From Macrostomum hystrix (Eukaryota; Animalia; Platyhelminthes): DNA of 64,000 nucleotides. The notes under the pieces were generated by a model. It was not told the origin of the DNA. It saw only the letters and a list, made by a program, of their open reading frames with translations, and did not search any database. Location: positions 11,718,001 through 11,782,000 of the forward strand of contig CATNEN010000007.1 of the NCBI GenBank assembly GCA_950097015.1, written 5' to 3'. The position numbers and the translations under genes are program-made. Positions within the stretch are counted from its first letter, which is position 1; the number at the start of each line of letters is the position of its first letter. This document shows positions 24,145 through 37,500 of the stretch, in pieces.

Positions 24145-25841
24145 AACAAGAGATATATTGCATAACCCAATTTGATTTGATTCAAAAAAGCAACACTTAC
24201 CACACAGACTTATTTTGTGCAATAGTTTTTAGTGAACTATTATAGTAAAATAATTCAATTTTTTTAATTTTTATTTGCATTTTTGTATTTTTTTTCAAAA
24301 TGCACAGCATTTCAACCAATTGTAGCTATTTCTATTTATATCTACTGTTGGTGTCGTAACTGTGCTAAATAAGAAAGTATGTATTTTAAAGATAACTCTG
24401 GTATGTAAACATTTTACATTTCCAACATATTTATTACATACATAACAAATTGCATGGCAATGTTCAAGGTTTTAATTTATTGTGTTTTTTTTATGATGTT
24501 TCCAGTTCTGCTTCTGCATTATTGCTGAAGACAAATATTTTTGCATTTGCTGATTTATGCTACTTTTATGTTAGTATATGAAATTTTCTTTACAATCTCA
24601 ATAATACATTTATTGTTTTCAATTTTTAGGTGCAAGTTAAATAATCAAGCTGTGGCATGCAGTCTGTATTCCAACACCGCAGATGCAAATATATTTATAA
24701 TATATATTGCATAAAAGGAATCAGTATTCAAAGGCAAGTTTATAACAATACTTATAGCTCTTTTTTCTACCTTTATCAACTGCCTGTTATGCTTTTTATG
24801 GAGTTTTTTGCATTGACTTAAATTTTTGCACAGTTTAGAGCTGTCATGACTTTCAGATATCAAATGTCATCTTCAGTGTCGTATCTGTGCTAAATTAAAT
24901 TCTTTTGCCAAAACGCTAGGGACATTTTCACTTTGCTTTCAGCATCTAATATGAGTTGTCCTTTAGTAATTTGGCAGACATACTTTTTTACCTTTTCTAA
25001 TTTTTATCTTTTAGATTATTCAGAAAAATGCTTCAATGAAATGATGCTTTTCAGTTCTGCTTCTGCAACATAGCTGAAGATAACTTATCTTAAAATCTTT
25101 ATTCTGATTCTCACTTTGTTTGCCTACCCATATAATGCATCTGAACTGCTAACTGAACCTAAATTCGTACAATCATTTCTGCCTAATGCCTTTTTAGACT
25201 GACAATGAGTCGGCCGCCCGCAAACTCTGCTGCCGATCTGCTGGGCTGCTGTTAAAATTTAACTTTTTTGTGATTCTTTGCGATTTTCTTGGGTTTTTTT
25301 AAATAAAAAGTTGTTTTGAACTTCAAATTAAGTTACTGTTCTATTTGTGATACTCACGGTATTATGTTTTCCAATATTTTACTTTTTACCACAGGCTCGG
25401 TGCTTCGGTGATAATAAGCTAATTTTAGCTGCACTGAATTTACTTGCGTGCCCTACAATACAAGTAAAATTCACAATACACGTAAATATTATGTCAGTTT
25501 TACGGATCAGTGCTTGAGGCATGCAGATCGTTTTTCTGCAGAATTCAGTTCAAGTTTATCAAAAAATTGGCTTTTTATTGATTTACTTCTGAAGCTTTTA
25601 TTCGGCTTTATTGTTTTTAATTTGTTAAAAACAACTAAACTTGATTTCCCATTTCGCACATCAACTGGACCTTCCTCGTCTCCCTTACGTTGGCACATAT
25701 TGCTAGTTTTAAATAATTAAGTTCAATCGTAGTACGTATAGGGCGGGCGACTTGAAATTCCCGATAATCGGTGCTCAAATTTCACTGCCACTAAGTAAAA
25801 TTTTTTTGTTTTTTTAAAACGCGCATATGTTCATTTGTTAA

Positions 25842-26305
25842 CAGTAGGACTACCAAGCCATTTTGCCGCCCGTTTTCCTTGAAATTCCCTACCAGAAAAT
25901 TTTGGCAGCGCCTGACTGCTATCAGCGTTGGGTGGTGACTGATTGGTTGACAGACTAGGCGATAGTGTCCTGTCGTTGAGCTGCGCCAATTATTTAGGCT
26001 TGTTTAGTGAAATAGAAGAAATTCGATTCAGAATGTCCTTAGTGGTCTATTTCCACCTGTTTTAGCCCTTACCACCGAAGTCTGACATGATACAGGCACA
26101 TTCGGGTGACATGCTGATAAATTTTGAAGGCCTGGCAAGGCTGCACTGAGGCGCAGTGCTAATTCGTTTTTTGGGTGTATGAAATACACTTGCGCTTATG
26201 GGAAAAATTTGACCTTCAGCCAGAAACATTGAGTATCTCGACGGTCTGAAAAGCTGGCGACTTTAATTCTTTTTCAGAAGATGCGCGCCAAAAAAGTTGG
26301 CCCGT
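25842..26305 (+). mobile_element. 3'-truncated copy of the TTAA-flanked non-autonomous DNA transposon at 32987-33576
   Basis: Starts TTAA|CAGTAGGACTACCAAGCCATTTTGCCGCCCG and is colinear with the second copy until the LINE poly(A) tail. Confidence 0.85.
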
Positions 26306-26306
26306 G

Positions 26307-26905
26307 TTTTTTTTTAAATTCCCCCCAGTCGCATGTGTAGCTCAAGGCTGATTCACTCAGCATGTAGCAACAACAACAAAAGAGATTGTTAAGCCGGTGG
26401 ACAAATTCCACCCAGTTGGTGCAGGTCGGGTACTTCGGCACCACACCACAGAGAATGCACGTATCTCCGGGTGCAAGCCTGTCCCCGCCAGAGCGGACGT
26501 TCTGGGTGAATGGCTGAGCAGCGTGTCCTGAGCAGGCTGTGGGCAGTAACTCTCGAGCAGGAACACGTGGCCCGCCAGTTTATGCCTGCGCAGGATAGTG
26601 TACGGGCCCTTTCACAAAGGGCCTCGTTACCCAAGTTCTTGTTGGAAGGCAGCGCGGAGCAGCCCCGAGTGCGCCGAGTCCAGTCGCCGCTCTAGCGTGG
26701 CTGTCACGCCACGTCTCCGCGTTGTACAGCAGGACGGTCTCGACCACCGCCTACCATAGCAGAGCCCTAGCTCTGCAAGATCACGGGCCGCATTTGGACT
26801 GGAGGACGGCGCGTACCGAACGCGGTAGGCGGCCCAGGCGAGTCCTCTGCGCCACCTGAGGTCGCCTAACACGATAGGCACCAGACCACCGAGGAAGGTG
26901 AACGT
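26307..26905 (-). mobile_element. 5'-truncated, degenerate LINE (RTE-like) 3' end with poly(A) tail
   Basis: Frameshifted translation reads FTFLGG..DLRWRRGLAWAAY..VVETVLLYNAETW..TLERRLDSAHSGLLRAAF..NEALCERA..KLAGHV, typical of the region C-terminal to a non-LTR RT. A10 tract at 26307-26316. Confidence 0.8.
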
Positions 26906-27439
26906 TAATGATTATACGAATTGCAGATACCGAAGTGGGCAAGTAGATTAGCACTGTTGATAAGGAACTCACCGATTGGTTTTGAGACGCGAGACTGCGA
27001 TTCGATCCAGGCTGCCAGTTTTCTTATTTTAAGCATGCAGATTAAGTGATCACGTACTTTACGAACTCAAATTTTTATGAGTTCTACTCGTATATTGCAA
27101 ACCATCGATAAGAGACAGAATTTAAGTATAAATGCAGGCGCTTTTCCAGCCAGACCGCCAGTCGTGGACAACTGGTGCAACTGCGCCAAATTTAGAAACC
27201 AGCATGAAACAGTTTTTCGTCAAGGTCATGCACAATGGATAAGTATTATAGCAAAATACTAGTGAATTATAGCCAAGTAGATTTGGGATGTACTAATGCG
27301 CGGCCTGAGTTCTGAATTATGCATCAGCTGATTTTAGACCCCTCGCTGCCCTTCCTGCCATTCATCCTCTGCATTGAAAGTAAAAAAATGCACTTAATGC
27401 CGCAGAGCAATTTGAGCACTCGGCAACTCAAGAGTCGCC

Positions 27440-27525
27440 AAAATGGGACGCAAATTGTTTCTGCTGAGTCGGAAATCGAACCCCAGACCTTTAATTGTTT
27501 GAGACCCTAACCTAGGCTACTGCCC
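27440..27525 (-). mobile_element. Degenerate tRNA-derived SINE head (same family as the copy at 29800)
   Basis: Reverse strand GTAGCCTAGG..AAGGTCTGGGGTTCGATTTCCGACTCAGCAGAAACAATTTGCGTCCCA aligns with 29806-29890. Confidence 0.65.
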
Positions 27526-28471
27526 TGTTTATGCAATCATGAATATTACGACTGAAGCACTTCATTTGACTTTCTACATAAAAATCTCTGCGGTTGCTTC
27601 GGTCCCATTGTGTAAAAACTTATTCTACATGTGAAACGAAAGGGCATGGGGCTAGTATCCACTGTGCTGCACATTTTGCATTTTTTAAAGCGTTGTAACT
27701 TAATATTCTATATGCCTGCCTCTTGTGCATTGCATTGAAATACAAAAGTATTTCACCCACGGCACAGTTACACTCGCGCAGGAATTAAGTTCAAATTTAC
27801 CTCTGGGAAATAAGTGACAATAGGCTCATTGAAAAGCGCGCTGTCAGCTGCCTGCTGCGCTGGACTGCTAAACTGCGGGCTGTCGGCGTTGTTTCACCTG
27901 TCTAGTGCATGCTATAGTTGCTTGCTTGTCAGTTAAAGGAGGGCTTTAACTCCCTTCTGGGAATTTTGTATCCACGTCTGCCCACTGGGCATCTATAATA
28001 TGCGCATTAATTGTGTCGGATGATAACTATAGCCTGATGCGGCGCTCTCCGAGACATTGGCAAGAGCCTGCATGATATCTCGATCTCGCTCTAACTTTTC
28101 AACTCTATTCAGTTCAATTTTTATTTCTTCTCACTATCTATATCACCAGTTTATGGAGACAAAAAGTTTGATAGAAGAGGCGAGAAATGAGACGACCACC
28201 TCACCGACTGACCAGCAGTATTAGTGCCTGCATGCTATGGAGCGCATTGGGGCCCGGGGAAGGCCTGCTTTAAGTCCGTTGGACACCCCATGCCCCGATG
28301 AAAGTCACGTTTCTGTTGTGCTTAGCAACAATAAACAACAACTGGTTCTATTTATGCGACCGATGACCCAGCGAACCCACATTATCGCCAACTTTCAAGC
28401 AAGCGCTCAAAGCCCTAAAGCCGTTCACTATCGCCGCTTTCCTGTCAACTGCACCCAGCGGATCGGCCGCC

Positions 28472-28577
28472 ATGACCGGGTCTCGACACGAGATCTCCAT
28501 CTGCTCTTCTCTCGGACGCCGACTTCCCGCAGTCCTTGTGCTGCTGGCTGTGGCTGTCTGTCCTGCTGATGCCTATA
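28472..28577 (+). CDS. Exon 1 of the giant gene: signal peptide (not in the ORF track)
   Basis: Kozak GCCGCCATG, then MTGSRHEISICSSLGRRLPAVLVLLAVAVCPADAY. Donor A|GTAAGT (phase 1) joins ttcag|CC at 28928 to give TCPSGW. Confidence 0.82.
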
Positions 28578-31500
28578 GTAAGTTGCGCTGGTGTTGCTGG
28601 GATTTAGAATAGTATCTGGGAGACTAGCACGCAGGACCAAGGCTATGTACTCCAGTCACTCTGTGCTTCTGCTAGTCGACTTACTGTCGCATCTAGCAGC
28701 TGGTGCAATTCTTTACCTTTCATGCTTCGTATCACCTGGTCCGTTGGTTCAGTTTGGACTAATCCCGCTCCTTTTAATTTGTTGTTGACTAGTACGAGCT
28801 AATGATCTGCGCCCCTTTTTATCTTGTGCATGACTTCAAGCTGGGTCAAAATTTAAACTTCTAAATGGATAAAATACGAATTGAGCACGCACGTCACGAT
28901 CTCAGAAAATGCCCGCTTCTCATTCAGCCTGCCCCAGCGGCTGGGCGCAGCACTTCGACAAGTGTCTCAAGGCTTATTTCAGCTCCTACAGCTACGAAGC
29001 CAGCAGCAGCTACTGCCGTTTGGGGACCGGCCAGCTCTTTGCGCCCAAGAACAGACACGACCTGAGCCTGTTCGACCACCAATTATTGTCGTATACTTTT
29101 TACGTTGATGCCAAGCGCAACGTGAGTTTAGGCGCTGGCTTCTTCGACAGCACCGGCAGTCCTGTACCTGACGACATTTTCTACATGCGGCACCTGGGCA
29201 GCGGTCTCGACTGCGCCGTCTATAGCGTGTCAGTAGTCAAGCTGGTGCCCGTAAGCTGCTCAACCTCGACAGGATTTATCTGCCAGATCCCTGCGCTGCC
29301 ATCTAATGGTGCGAGCATGTTAAGAATGGGGAAGGTCTCAAAATGCAGGCAGTCAGCGATTAGTTAGTGAAGAAGCCGCTCGGCTTTGATTTGATCTCAA
29401 GTGTTAAAAGTCCAAATAGTTCGAGTTACTACTTCGAGAAATCGCACATTCAAGCTCCAAAGAAGGCAGAGAGCTCAAGTCTTATTTTATAAGATCGAAT
29501 CGAATTCAGGCGCGTATCGATTTTGATTTGACCACCCTCGTGAGTATCGTCTCAGCCTGTTTGCTACACGGCCTGCCAATTTCAGACACTTGCCAGCCGT
29601 CATATGCCGTCTCCTTGAACGCGTTCTATGCAAGCTTGTACGCTTCCAGCCTGTACATCGAAAGCCCGGGCTTCTTTTGGACAGGCAGCTTCGTCATCGG
29701 CCTTCTCCCAGTTTTGCAGTCGAACAGCGCCGGATTTTCCTTGACCTTTTGTTTGGTGAGTTGCGTGGCCGCGGTCTGCTGCAGACTCATGAAGGTTCAG
29801 GGGGTTGTAGCCGAGTGGTTAGAGCTTCGGACTCACGACTTGAAGGTCGGGGGCTCGATTCCCGACTCCACTGAAGCAATTTGTGTCCCACAGTAAGACA
29901 CTAAACTCTGCATTGCTTCAGTTCACCCAGCGGTTAAATGCGTACGAGCATTAGAAATTGAGGGTGAGGTGTTGTGTCCTCCTGTCTGTTATGCTCCCTG
30001 TTTTACCCTTTATGATTGTCGTTCTTGACAATCATGTCGCTTTATAACCTTTTACATCGTATCCCCAAAGTATACGTGCTGAATGTACATTGTGCCAGCA
30101 TATCGAGTCAAGCCAAACTCTCCCCTCTCTCTCTCTTACGAGTATATCGATAATAAATAGCCAGATGCAATGCGTCAGATACTACAATGGACTGAGCAGC
30201 CGTACGCAGCTTTCAGACACGGCTATTACCAAGGTTCACTTTTCCGAGAGAAGATGGCATGTGCGATCACGACTCGCTTTTGTCACTAAATCCTAATTCC
30301 AAAATTGTCAGAAACTTGCAACTTAAATTTTCAGCACAATGTCTAGTCTTTTAAGCGAGAAGAGAAGTTTGGATGTTTATTTAGTTAAGTTTCGTCACAC
30401 GTGTCCCACATAGTTTTTTATAAGCAAAATATCAATAATATACTATGGTGCAAATTTCTTATTGCAATCTGAATATCGATTTATTTCAATCTTAAATCCC
30501 CTTGAGTGAAGTCTCTCGGTTCGCCGGTTCTTTTCAATAAAGTCCTCTATCGGAATGAACAATGTGATAAGTTAGCAACGGCTGGACCAGCTGCATTTTC
30601 GCAGACGGCAGTCAAAACTCTCGAACGCTGCATGCGATCCACACTTTAACAGGCTTATTCAGGCTTCCAATGCTACCCACCCGGCACCGACATTGGAACG
30701 TATCAGATCTACTGGACCAGTAGTACCAATCCTGACTTCGTGGCCAATACTAGGTTTAACTATGATGCTCGCGCAGCCGTGGAGTACATCTGCCTGAGTA
30801 AGCATCATAATCATATCACTGTTTCCCTTTTTCCAACTTGGTTCGCATGTCGATTGAAATAAAAATTTAAATACTCTCTTATGACTGGTAGCTTATAAAT
30901 GATTTGTTCCTCAGTATTGTTAAGGCACTTTAACAACTCAGAATTTCGAAAAATGGCTCAAAATCGTGCTCCAGAAAAAGACGAGATGACTCAGCTGATG
31001 CACGGAATCCCCGGTCGCCTCAGCGTCACCTTGACTGCCAGCAGTTTTACAAGCTTCGCTCGGCCTGAGTATGCCTTGCTGAATAACAGCTTTCGGACTG
31101 GCGGTGAGCTCCCACCTTGTGGGCCAGTAGTCTCCAGGTGCCCAGTGGAATTAGTAGATTAAAAGTGAAGCGAACTGTTAACTCCATGAAGACGTGTTAA
31201 ATATAACTTTAGAGCACAATATGCCACATAGCTGGTTTAAAATGCCTTATCTAAATATAATATTGCCATATTTCAGACCACCGAGTGTGCATCGGGACCA
31301 GCAATTACTTTGGAAAGCTGGATGTGAATCTGGCGGGCGAAGCCTGCATCAACGCAACTGCAGATCCAGAGAGCACCAACGAATGCCGCCTCCACTGTGA
31401 GCGATGCCGCTGCTTCTGGATTGCAGATTCTAGTGCTCACCTGAGCTCTACATGTATAGACTCAACTACTAAGACAAGGCATAGCCATAGTGAAAGCTTT

Positions 31501-34500
31501 GTGGCATCTTGGCTCTTGCTTATCACCTAGAAATGGAGGGTAGATCGCAAGTTTAGAGCAAAAGCCTGGCAAAGTCGGGTAGATGTGCACACCTGCGTGA
31601 GTGAGTCGAAGGAGTCAGCGAAATTAACAAAGGAACTCATAGGGCAGTCGACTGCCACCAAATAATGCGTCATTTTTGCATGAAGCCGTGTTCCGTAATA
31701 TATTAACGGTTACATAGTCGAAATTATTATATTTATTACACAAAAGTTCAATTGGATTTTCAAAATTTCAGCATTAAATTCGATCGGGTGCTTCAATGCT
31801 TCGAACTTGAGAAGCCCTTGCGAAGTTCCGGGTTGCTGTGAGTTGCTGCGGTATTACTCAGTGTGTTAGGTGATGCTTTTAACAACTTTGAGTAAAAATC
31901 AACGGTGTCTATACCCTTCAGCTATTCGTGTGGCGAGCGGCGACACGAGTCCGCATGGCGTTCGCGGACTGCAGGCCGCCTTCGGCGAGATTTTTATGAA
32001 CGGCGGTCAGAAGATCCCGTTCACCGTGGACTCGCAGGACTTCAGCGTGTTCAGCACTATTCAGTTCCAGTCCGTGGTGTCTGCCGACCGGCTGTATTTT
32101 ATTCTCGTCGACCTGAAGACTCCGGCTCTAGTTAGCCTCATTATGCTGCGCTCGTCCATCAGTGAGTTTCTCAAGCAGTAGCCAATTTCCAAGCATATGT
32201 TCTTGCTGCACAATCTCGTTGCACTGGCTTTGACTGGCTGTATCTTTATCCCGAAATCTGTCGTGAAATGTGCCCATTAACTTGATTGTCATTTTACCTC
32301 TTGAGATGGGTTTTGAGAGATTCCCGCGGTGTGACTTTTCATCAAACAATTACTGGCCGATATACGTTGGCAGTGTTTTTTAATCTTTAAGACGTCTTTG
32401 TATTATTAAAGCTTTGGATAGCAGTAGAAAATACAATACTGCAACCACTCGCATTTCATGAATATGACATGAATGACCACGAGGAAAGCTTCGTACCTCA
32501 TATCTACCAAGCATTCTCATTGCTGTCTTCAAGGGTTTTATAAGGACATACGCTCGCAGAATATGAAAAGTGACAGAGTCTGATTTATCAAATTTCGCAT
32601 AAACGGAAATACCCACACTGAAAATACATGCAGGCAGCGACATGCGCTGTCTCTGGGCAGGAGTATCGGACTCCTGGAACGCTTCGCTGAACGAGGACGC
32701 CTTCTCAGCCTGGGCAGCATGTGATGCACAGGAAGGACCCGAGACGAAGGAACTAGCTGTCTATTTGCAGTGCGGAACTGGCCGCGGCCTTCTAGGCCGG
32801 TATGTTGTCATCACGAGACGGAAGACATGCGGCTACCACCGGGTGGAAGGCCTGAAGATTCACGGCGACTTCTGTAAGCTTCTAGTGCCTCTGGCTATGA
32901 ATGCTTTCGATGCTGCAGCTCAATTCGAATACTAACTGGCATGGCTTCAAGCCAGTGCACTAATTCAGGAGCGTAATCCCGCTTAACAGTAGGACTACCA
33001 AGCCATTTTGCCGCCCGTTTTTATTACAAGGTCGCCCCCTGAAATATTTTTGGCAGCGCCTGAATGCTAACAACGTTGGGTGGTGACTGATTGGTTGACA
33101 GACTAGGCGATGGTGTCCTGTCGTTGAGCTGCACCTAATATCTAGGCTTGATCAGTGAAATATAATAAATTCGCTACAGAATGTCCTTATAGACCTATTT
33201 CCACCTGTTGTAGCCCTTGAAGGTCCAGCAAGTCCGTCTACTAGATAAAGGTAGGTGACCACCGAACACGGAGATGATGCAGACACATTCGGGTGACTTG
33301 CTGATAAATTTTGAAGGCCTGGCAAGGCTGCACTGAGGCGCAGTGCTAATTCGTGTATAGGGTGTATGAAATAAACTAGCGCTTATGGGAAAAATCTGAC
33401 CTTCAGCCAGAAACATTGAGTATCTCGACGGTCTGAAGAGCTGGCGACTTGATTCTTGTTTTAGAAGATGCACAACAAAAAGTTGGTCAGTGTTCTTGAG
33501 TTTCGTGTGCTTGCGTTTCTCCGTTCGGGTGTAGCAAAAAAATTGTCAGGGGGAAATCCACCTGGTAGTTCTACTGTTAATGTGTTCTCAATTAGCCAGA
33601 ATCTGGATTGAAAAGGGGTCGTGCCATAAAGCTTTCGTAAAATAAGTTAGATCTTAGCTCCTGTTAATTTTGAGCTGCTTTACGCAATGCGCATGTGTCA
33701 ATACTGAGGGCATACAGCTACTTGGCCTACAGCGGCAAGAACATGAAAAATCATTATAAGGAGTGCTAGGAAATGAATATTCAAATATCGAGCTTCGAAG
33801 AGTGCGCCAACGGGTGATAACGCGGGGTCTGGTTGATGCAAACTATCCAGAAACCAGACATGCTCAAACCGCACTCGGTAGCTGAGTTATTAGTCCCTGG
33901 AAATCTGCTTCTGAATCTATGTGTGCTCAGACTAGAGTGGAGTATATGCACTCACATATGCGTACTCCTCTCTGCAGACAACGATGTGAACATCCAGCCA
34001 GGGGCGAGCTACATCAGCGCTATTCCAGACTCGATGCAGCAGAGCCTACAGGCTACTGGGGCGGTCAGCTTCTCTGCCATCCTGCGAAACACCTACGGCG
34101 ACTTCTTTCTCACCCAGGGCACAAAGTACAGCGAAAAGTTGGACCGGGTGAGCTGGCCATATGGAATGTGTGCATTTCAAGCAAGATTGGGACCGGGTGA
34201 GCTGGCCATATGGAATGTGTGCAGTTCAAGCAAGATTGGGACCGGGTGAGCTGGCCATATGGAATGTGTGCAGTTCAAGCAAGATTGGGACCGGGTGAGC
34301 TGGCCATATGGAATGTGTGCAGTTCAAGCAAGATTGGGACCGGGTGAGCTGGCCATATGGAATGTGTGCAGTTCAAGCAAGATTGGGACCGGGTGAGCTG
34401 GCCATATGGAATGTGTGCAGTTCAAGCAAGATTGGGACCGGGTGAGCTGGCCATATGGAATGTGTGCAGTTCAAGCAAGATTGGGACCGGGTGAGCTGGC

Positions 34501-37500
34501 CATATGGAATGTGTGCAGTTCAAGCAAGATTGGGACCGGGTGAGCTGGCCATATGGAATGTGTGCAGTTCAAGCAAGATTGGGACCGGGTGAGCTGGCCA
34601 TATGGAATGTGTGCAGTTCAAGCAAGATTGGGACCGGGTGAGCTGGCCATATGGAATGTGTGCAGTACGCGTATTGTGAGCTCGTATTAGAACTATTACC
34701 TGCTTACTGAGATACTGAGATATAAATTCACTGTTAAAGAAAAAGTGGAATGAAGGAACTATGGTCTCACTTTGGACATATTCCACAGATTAGAATCGAA
34801 AGAAAGCTTCGGAATAAACAAACTTTCTTGAATTTCTATTGATGCCTTTTTACGAGTAATCGTACTCACGGAGATTCGAGTTGACATAGTCTATCAGCCT
34901 CCTTAAACTGTGCAAAATTTCCAGCGCTACCTTTTCCGATTCACCGGAAACTCAACAAGTAGCACCATCTACCTGTCCAAAGCGACAGCGCTGAACAAGC
35001 AGAGAACCCCACCGGAGATTAATCTGATGAGTTCTCTATTCCTGAGTCCCCCTGATACCCTGAACGCTACAGGACAGATCAGCGTGTTCGACTTCCGAAA
35101 CATCACCCTTAAATTCTGCTGTAATGACAGCTCCGCCTTGAACTGGACATTCGAGGTCTATATTGATTCAGTTCTAGTCGCTGTGCTGCACGACTCAACC
35201 ATTCACGGCAACTTTTCAATCAATTCAGCGGGATTTTCAAGGAAATCTACTGACAATGAGTACAACGGATTGATTGTTCGGTTCCCGATTGAAAGTATGA
35301 TTGGATCGGAGATACTTCGATGAATATACATGCTCATCAGGAACAAATTTTAGATTTTCATGAATTCATATCTTTAATGCATTGCAGATACGATAAACGC
35401 TGGATTTTGGCAGTCGCCTACATACGCTGACGCGTCTGACTGGCATCAGGTAGTTTTCAGCTTGTTCATTCTGTGCCCAGAATAAATAGTTAGTTTACTC
35501 CATGACATTTGTCTTCAGCTATGAGAATACCCGTCGTAATGCAGGTCTCATTCTCAAGCTTCGTGCGGGTCTTCCTAATCGGTTACCAGGGTGGGTCGGA
35601 TGCTTTCGATTCCATTGCTGGCGCGCTCAGCTTCTATCGCTACTGGTCCGCCGACCTGTTCTCCTGGATACCTTTGGACCAGAAGTACACCACTCTGGAG
35701 TACAATATCAGCGTGTTCTCCCGGCATGCAAGTCATTCGCCACTGAAGCCGCCACAGCTACTGAAAGGAATGCGGCACCAGCCCAGCACGGCCAAAATGT
35801 TCTTTCAGTTTAAGTACATGCTCTACGGAAAACTGGCTGCAGGTACGTTTGCTAATCGATTCAAGGGTTCTGGGTACTTAATGGGATGCTGGGTGGTTAG
35901 AGGATGTCTGCGACCACCCATGGAGCTCTGATTCTAGAAACATGAGAGACAGCTCCCGCCAAATCTCCATTTTCCGGACCAGAATGGGCTGATTGGCTGT
36001 CCCAAGAATGCATTAAGCGGATAGCAAATTCTAAGGCACTACTTGGAGAAAGACACTGACTTCCGTATCCTGCAACATATTTTCAAACTATTTGTTTTAT
36101 TAAAAAGCTGAATAAATTCTCTACAATCTAGTTGGAGCTTGTGCACGTCTACCTGTTTTAGCTAGTGAACCAAAACTAATTTTTTTTTAAGTTTAACGAA
36201 GATGAAAATTGTTAACTTTAAGACAAGAATGTGCAATGTTGTACTGCTTTTTTTCTGTTTTTTTTCGAAAAGTTTCGAAAAGTTTATTATTATATTCGAT
36301 GGGTATATTGATGTTTTCTACAAGTTAAGCTTCATTTCGCTAAAATCGGGCAACTAATCGTAATAAAAAGTGTTTTGCATAACTTTTTAAGGTCATGCAC
36401 GGCTAGTGTTATATAAAATACGATTGCTTATTTAATCGTTAAAAAATGTACGATTCTGAGCCGGGAATGTGTTGTCTAAGGTAATTTTTGGTGAGATTAT
36501 TTGATAAAAACTAGGATATTATATCATATAATCTCCTCGAAATAAGGAGCATTTATGGAACATTGAAGTGAACTTTGAATTCGGCTTTTAAGTTTTGCCA
36601 CCACTGACTGACTGGCTGCTTCGTGACGTATCTTCATGAGAAATTAATTTTTTTGTCTATGGTCGGAATCAAATGGTCTAAACCTACATACATGTATATG
36701 TCTATCAATCAGATGGGATGCCCCGAAGAATAAGCAATCGAATTTCATATATAATGCAATATGTAATCGGCTGCAATCAATGGTCCTGGGCTCGCTACGC
36801 TCGCCTCGAGACCATTAAACGCAGCCTCGGACATTCTAACCACAGAATGTGAATTAAACGGCGTTTATTATTTACTTAAACACAGCTCAGTGGCTAAAAC
36901 AGTTAGATGCACAAGCTTAAACTAAAATGTTGAGAATTCATTCAGCTCATCTTATTACGTTTTTGCAGAACATCAAAAGGAGAAAGGCAGAAAATTACTG
37001 ATCCCACTGGGTTCGTTCGACCGATTTTCAGCTCATTCATCTGAGATAGATCTTTTGGCTCAGAAATTTTTTTAAGATCTTAATTTTCGTGTGCTTTTCA
37101 AAAGGAGTATTTTAATCGGTAGATAATTAGTGGGTTCATGAATTCTACTGGTCAATAGTGAATCACAACTCCCTATCTGCCGTGATGTATTGGGACATAT
37201 AGCAACTTTGATTCTCGAAAAGAGGGGTTTGACGGGTAATTGGTTCTTCCGATGGGTTGGTTACCTGTGCTGGGTGTCCGCATCAGCCGGGCTTCCGGCA
37301 CCGCTGATCGGAACGGTCTGTATTTACCGGGTCAATCAGCTGTGTGCAGAGCTAAAATCGAAGCTCAAACTGCTGCAACTTTCGCAGAGTATGACAGAGC
37401 TGGCTACCCCTGGCTGTTATCGCGCAACCAGCCAGCCGGTTTCATCGGCTCCAGTCTTTTCGCGACGACGGCACTAACGGATGGCCTACGCAGTCTTTTT

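Noticed and set aside
26973-27036. Candidate POC1 first exon (ATGCTTAAA...ATCG|gtgagt on the minus strand)
   Set aside because: The donor is phase 1 while the POC1 acceptor at 16851 needs phase 0, and the peptide is not POC1-like.
28644-28710. Alternative signal-peptide exon MYSSHSVLLLVDLLSHLAAG
   Set aside because: Weaker hydrophobic core and donor than 28472-28577, which has a full Kozak context, GTAAGT and a compatible phase.
29800-29872. Functional tRNA gene
   Set aside because: Degenerate B box, poor acceptor-stem pairing, a SINE-like core follows, and related decayed copies occur nearby.
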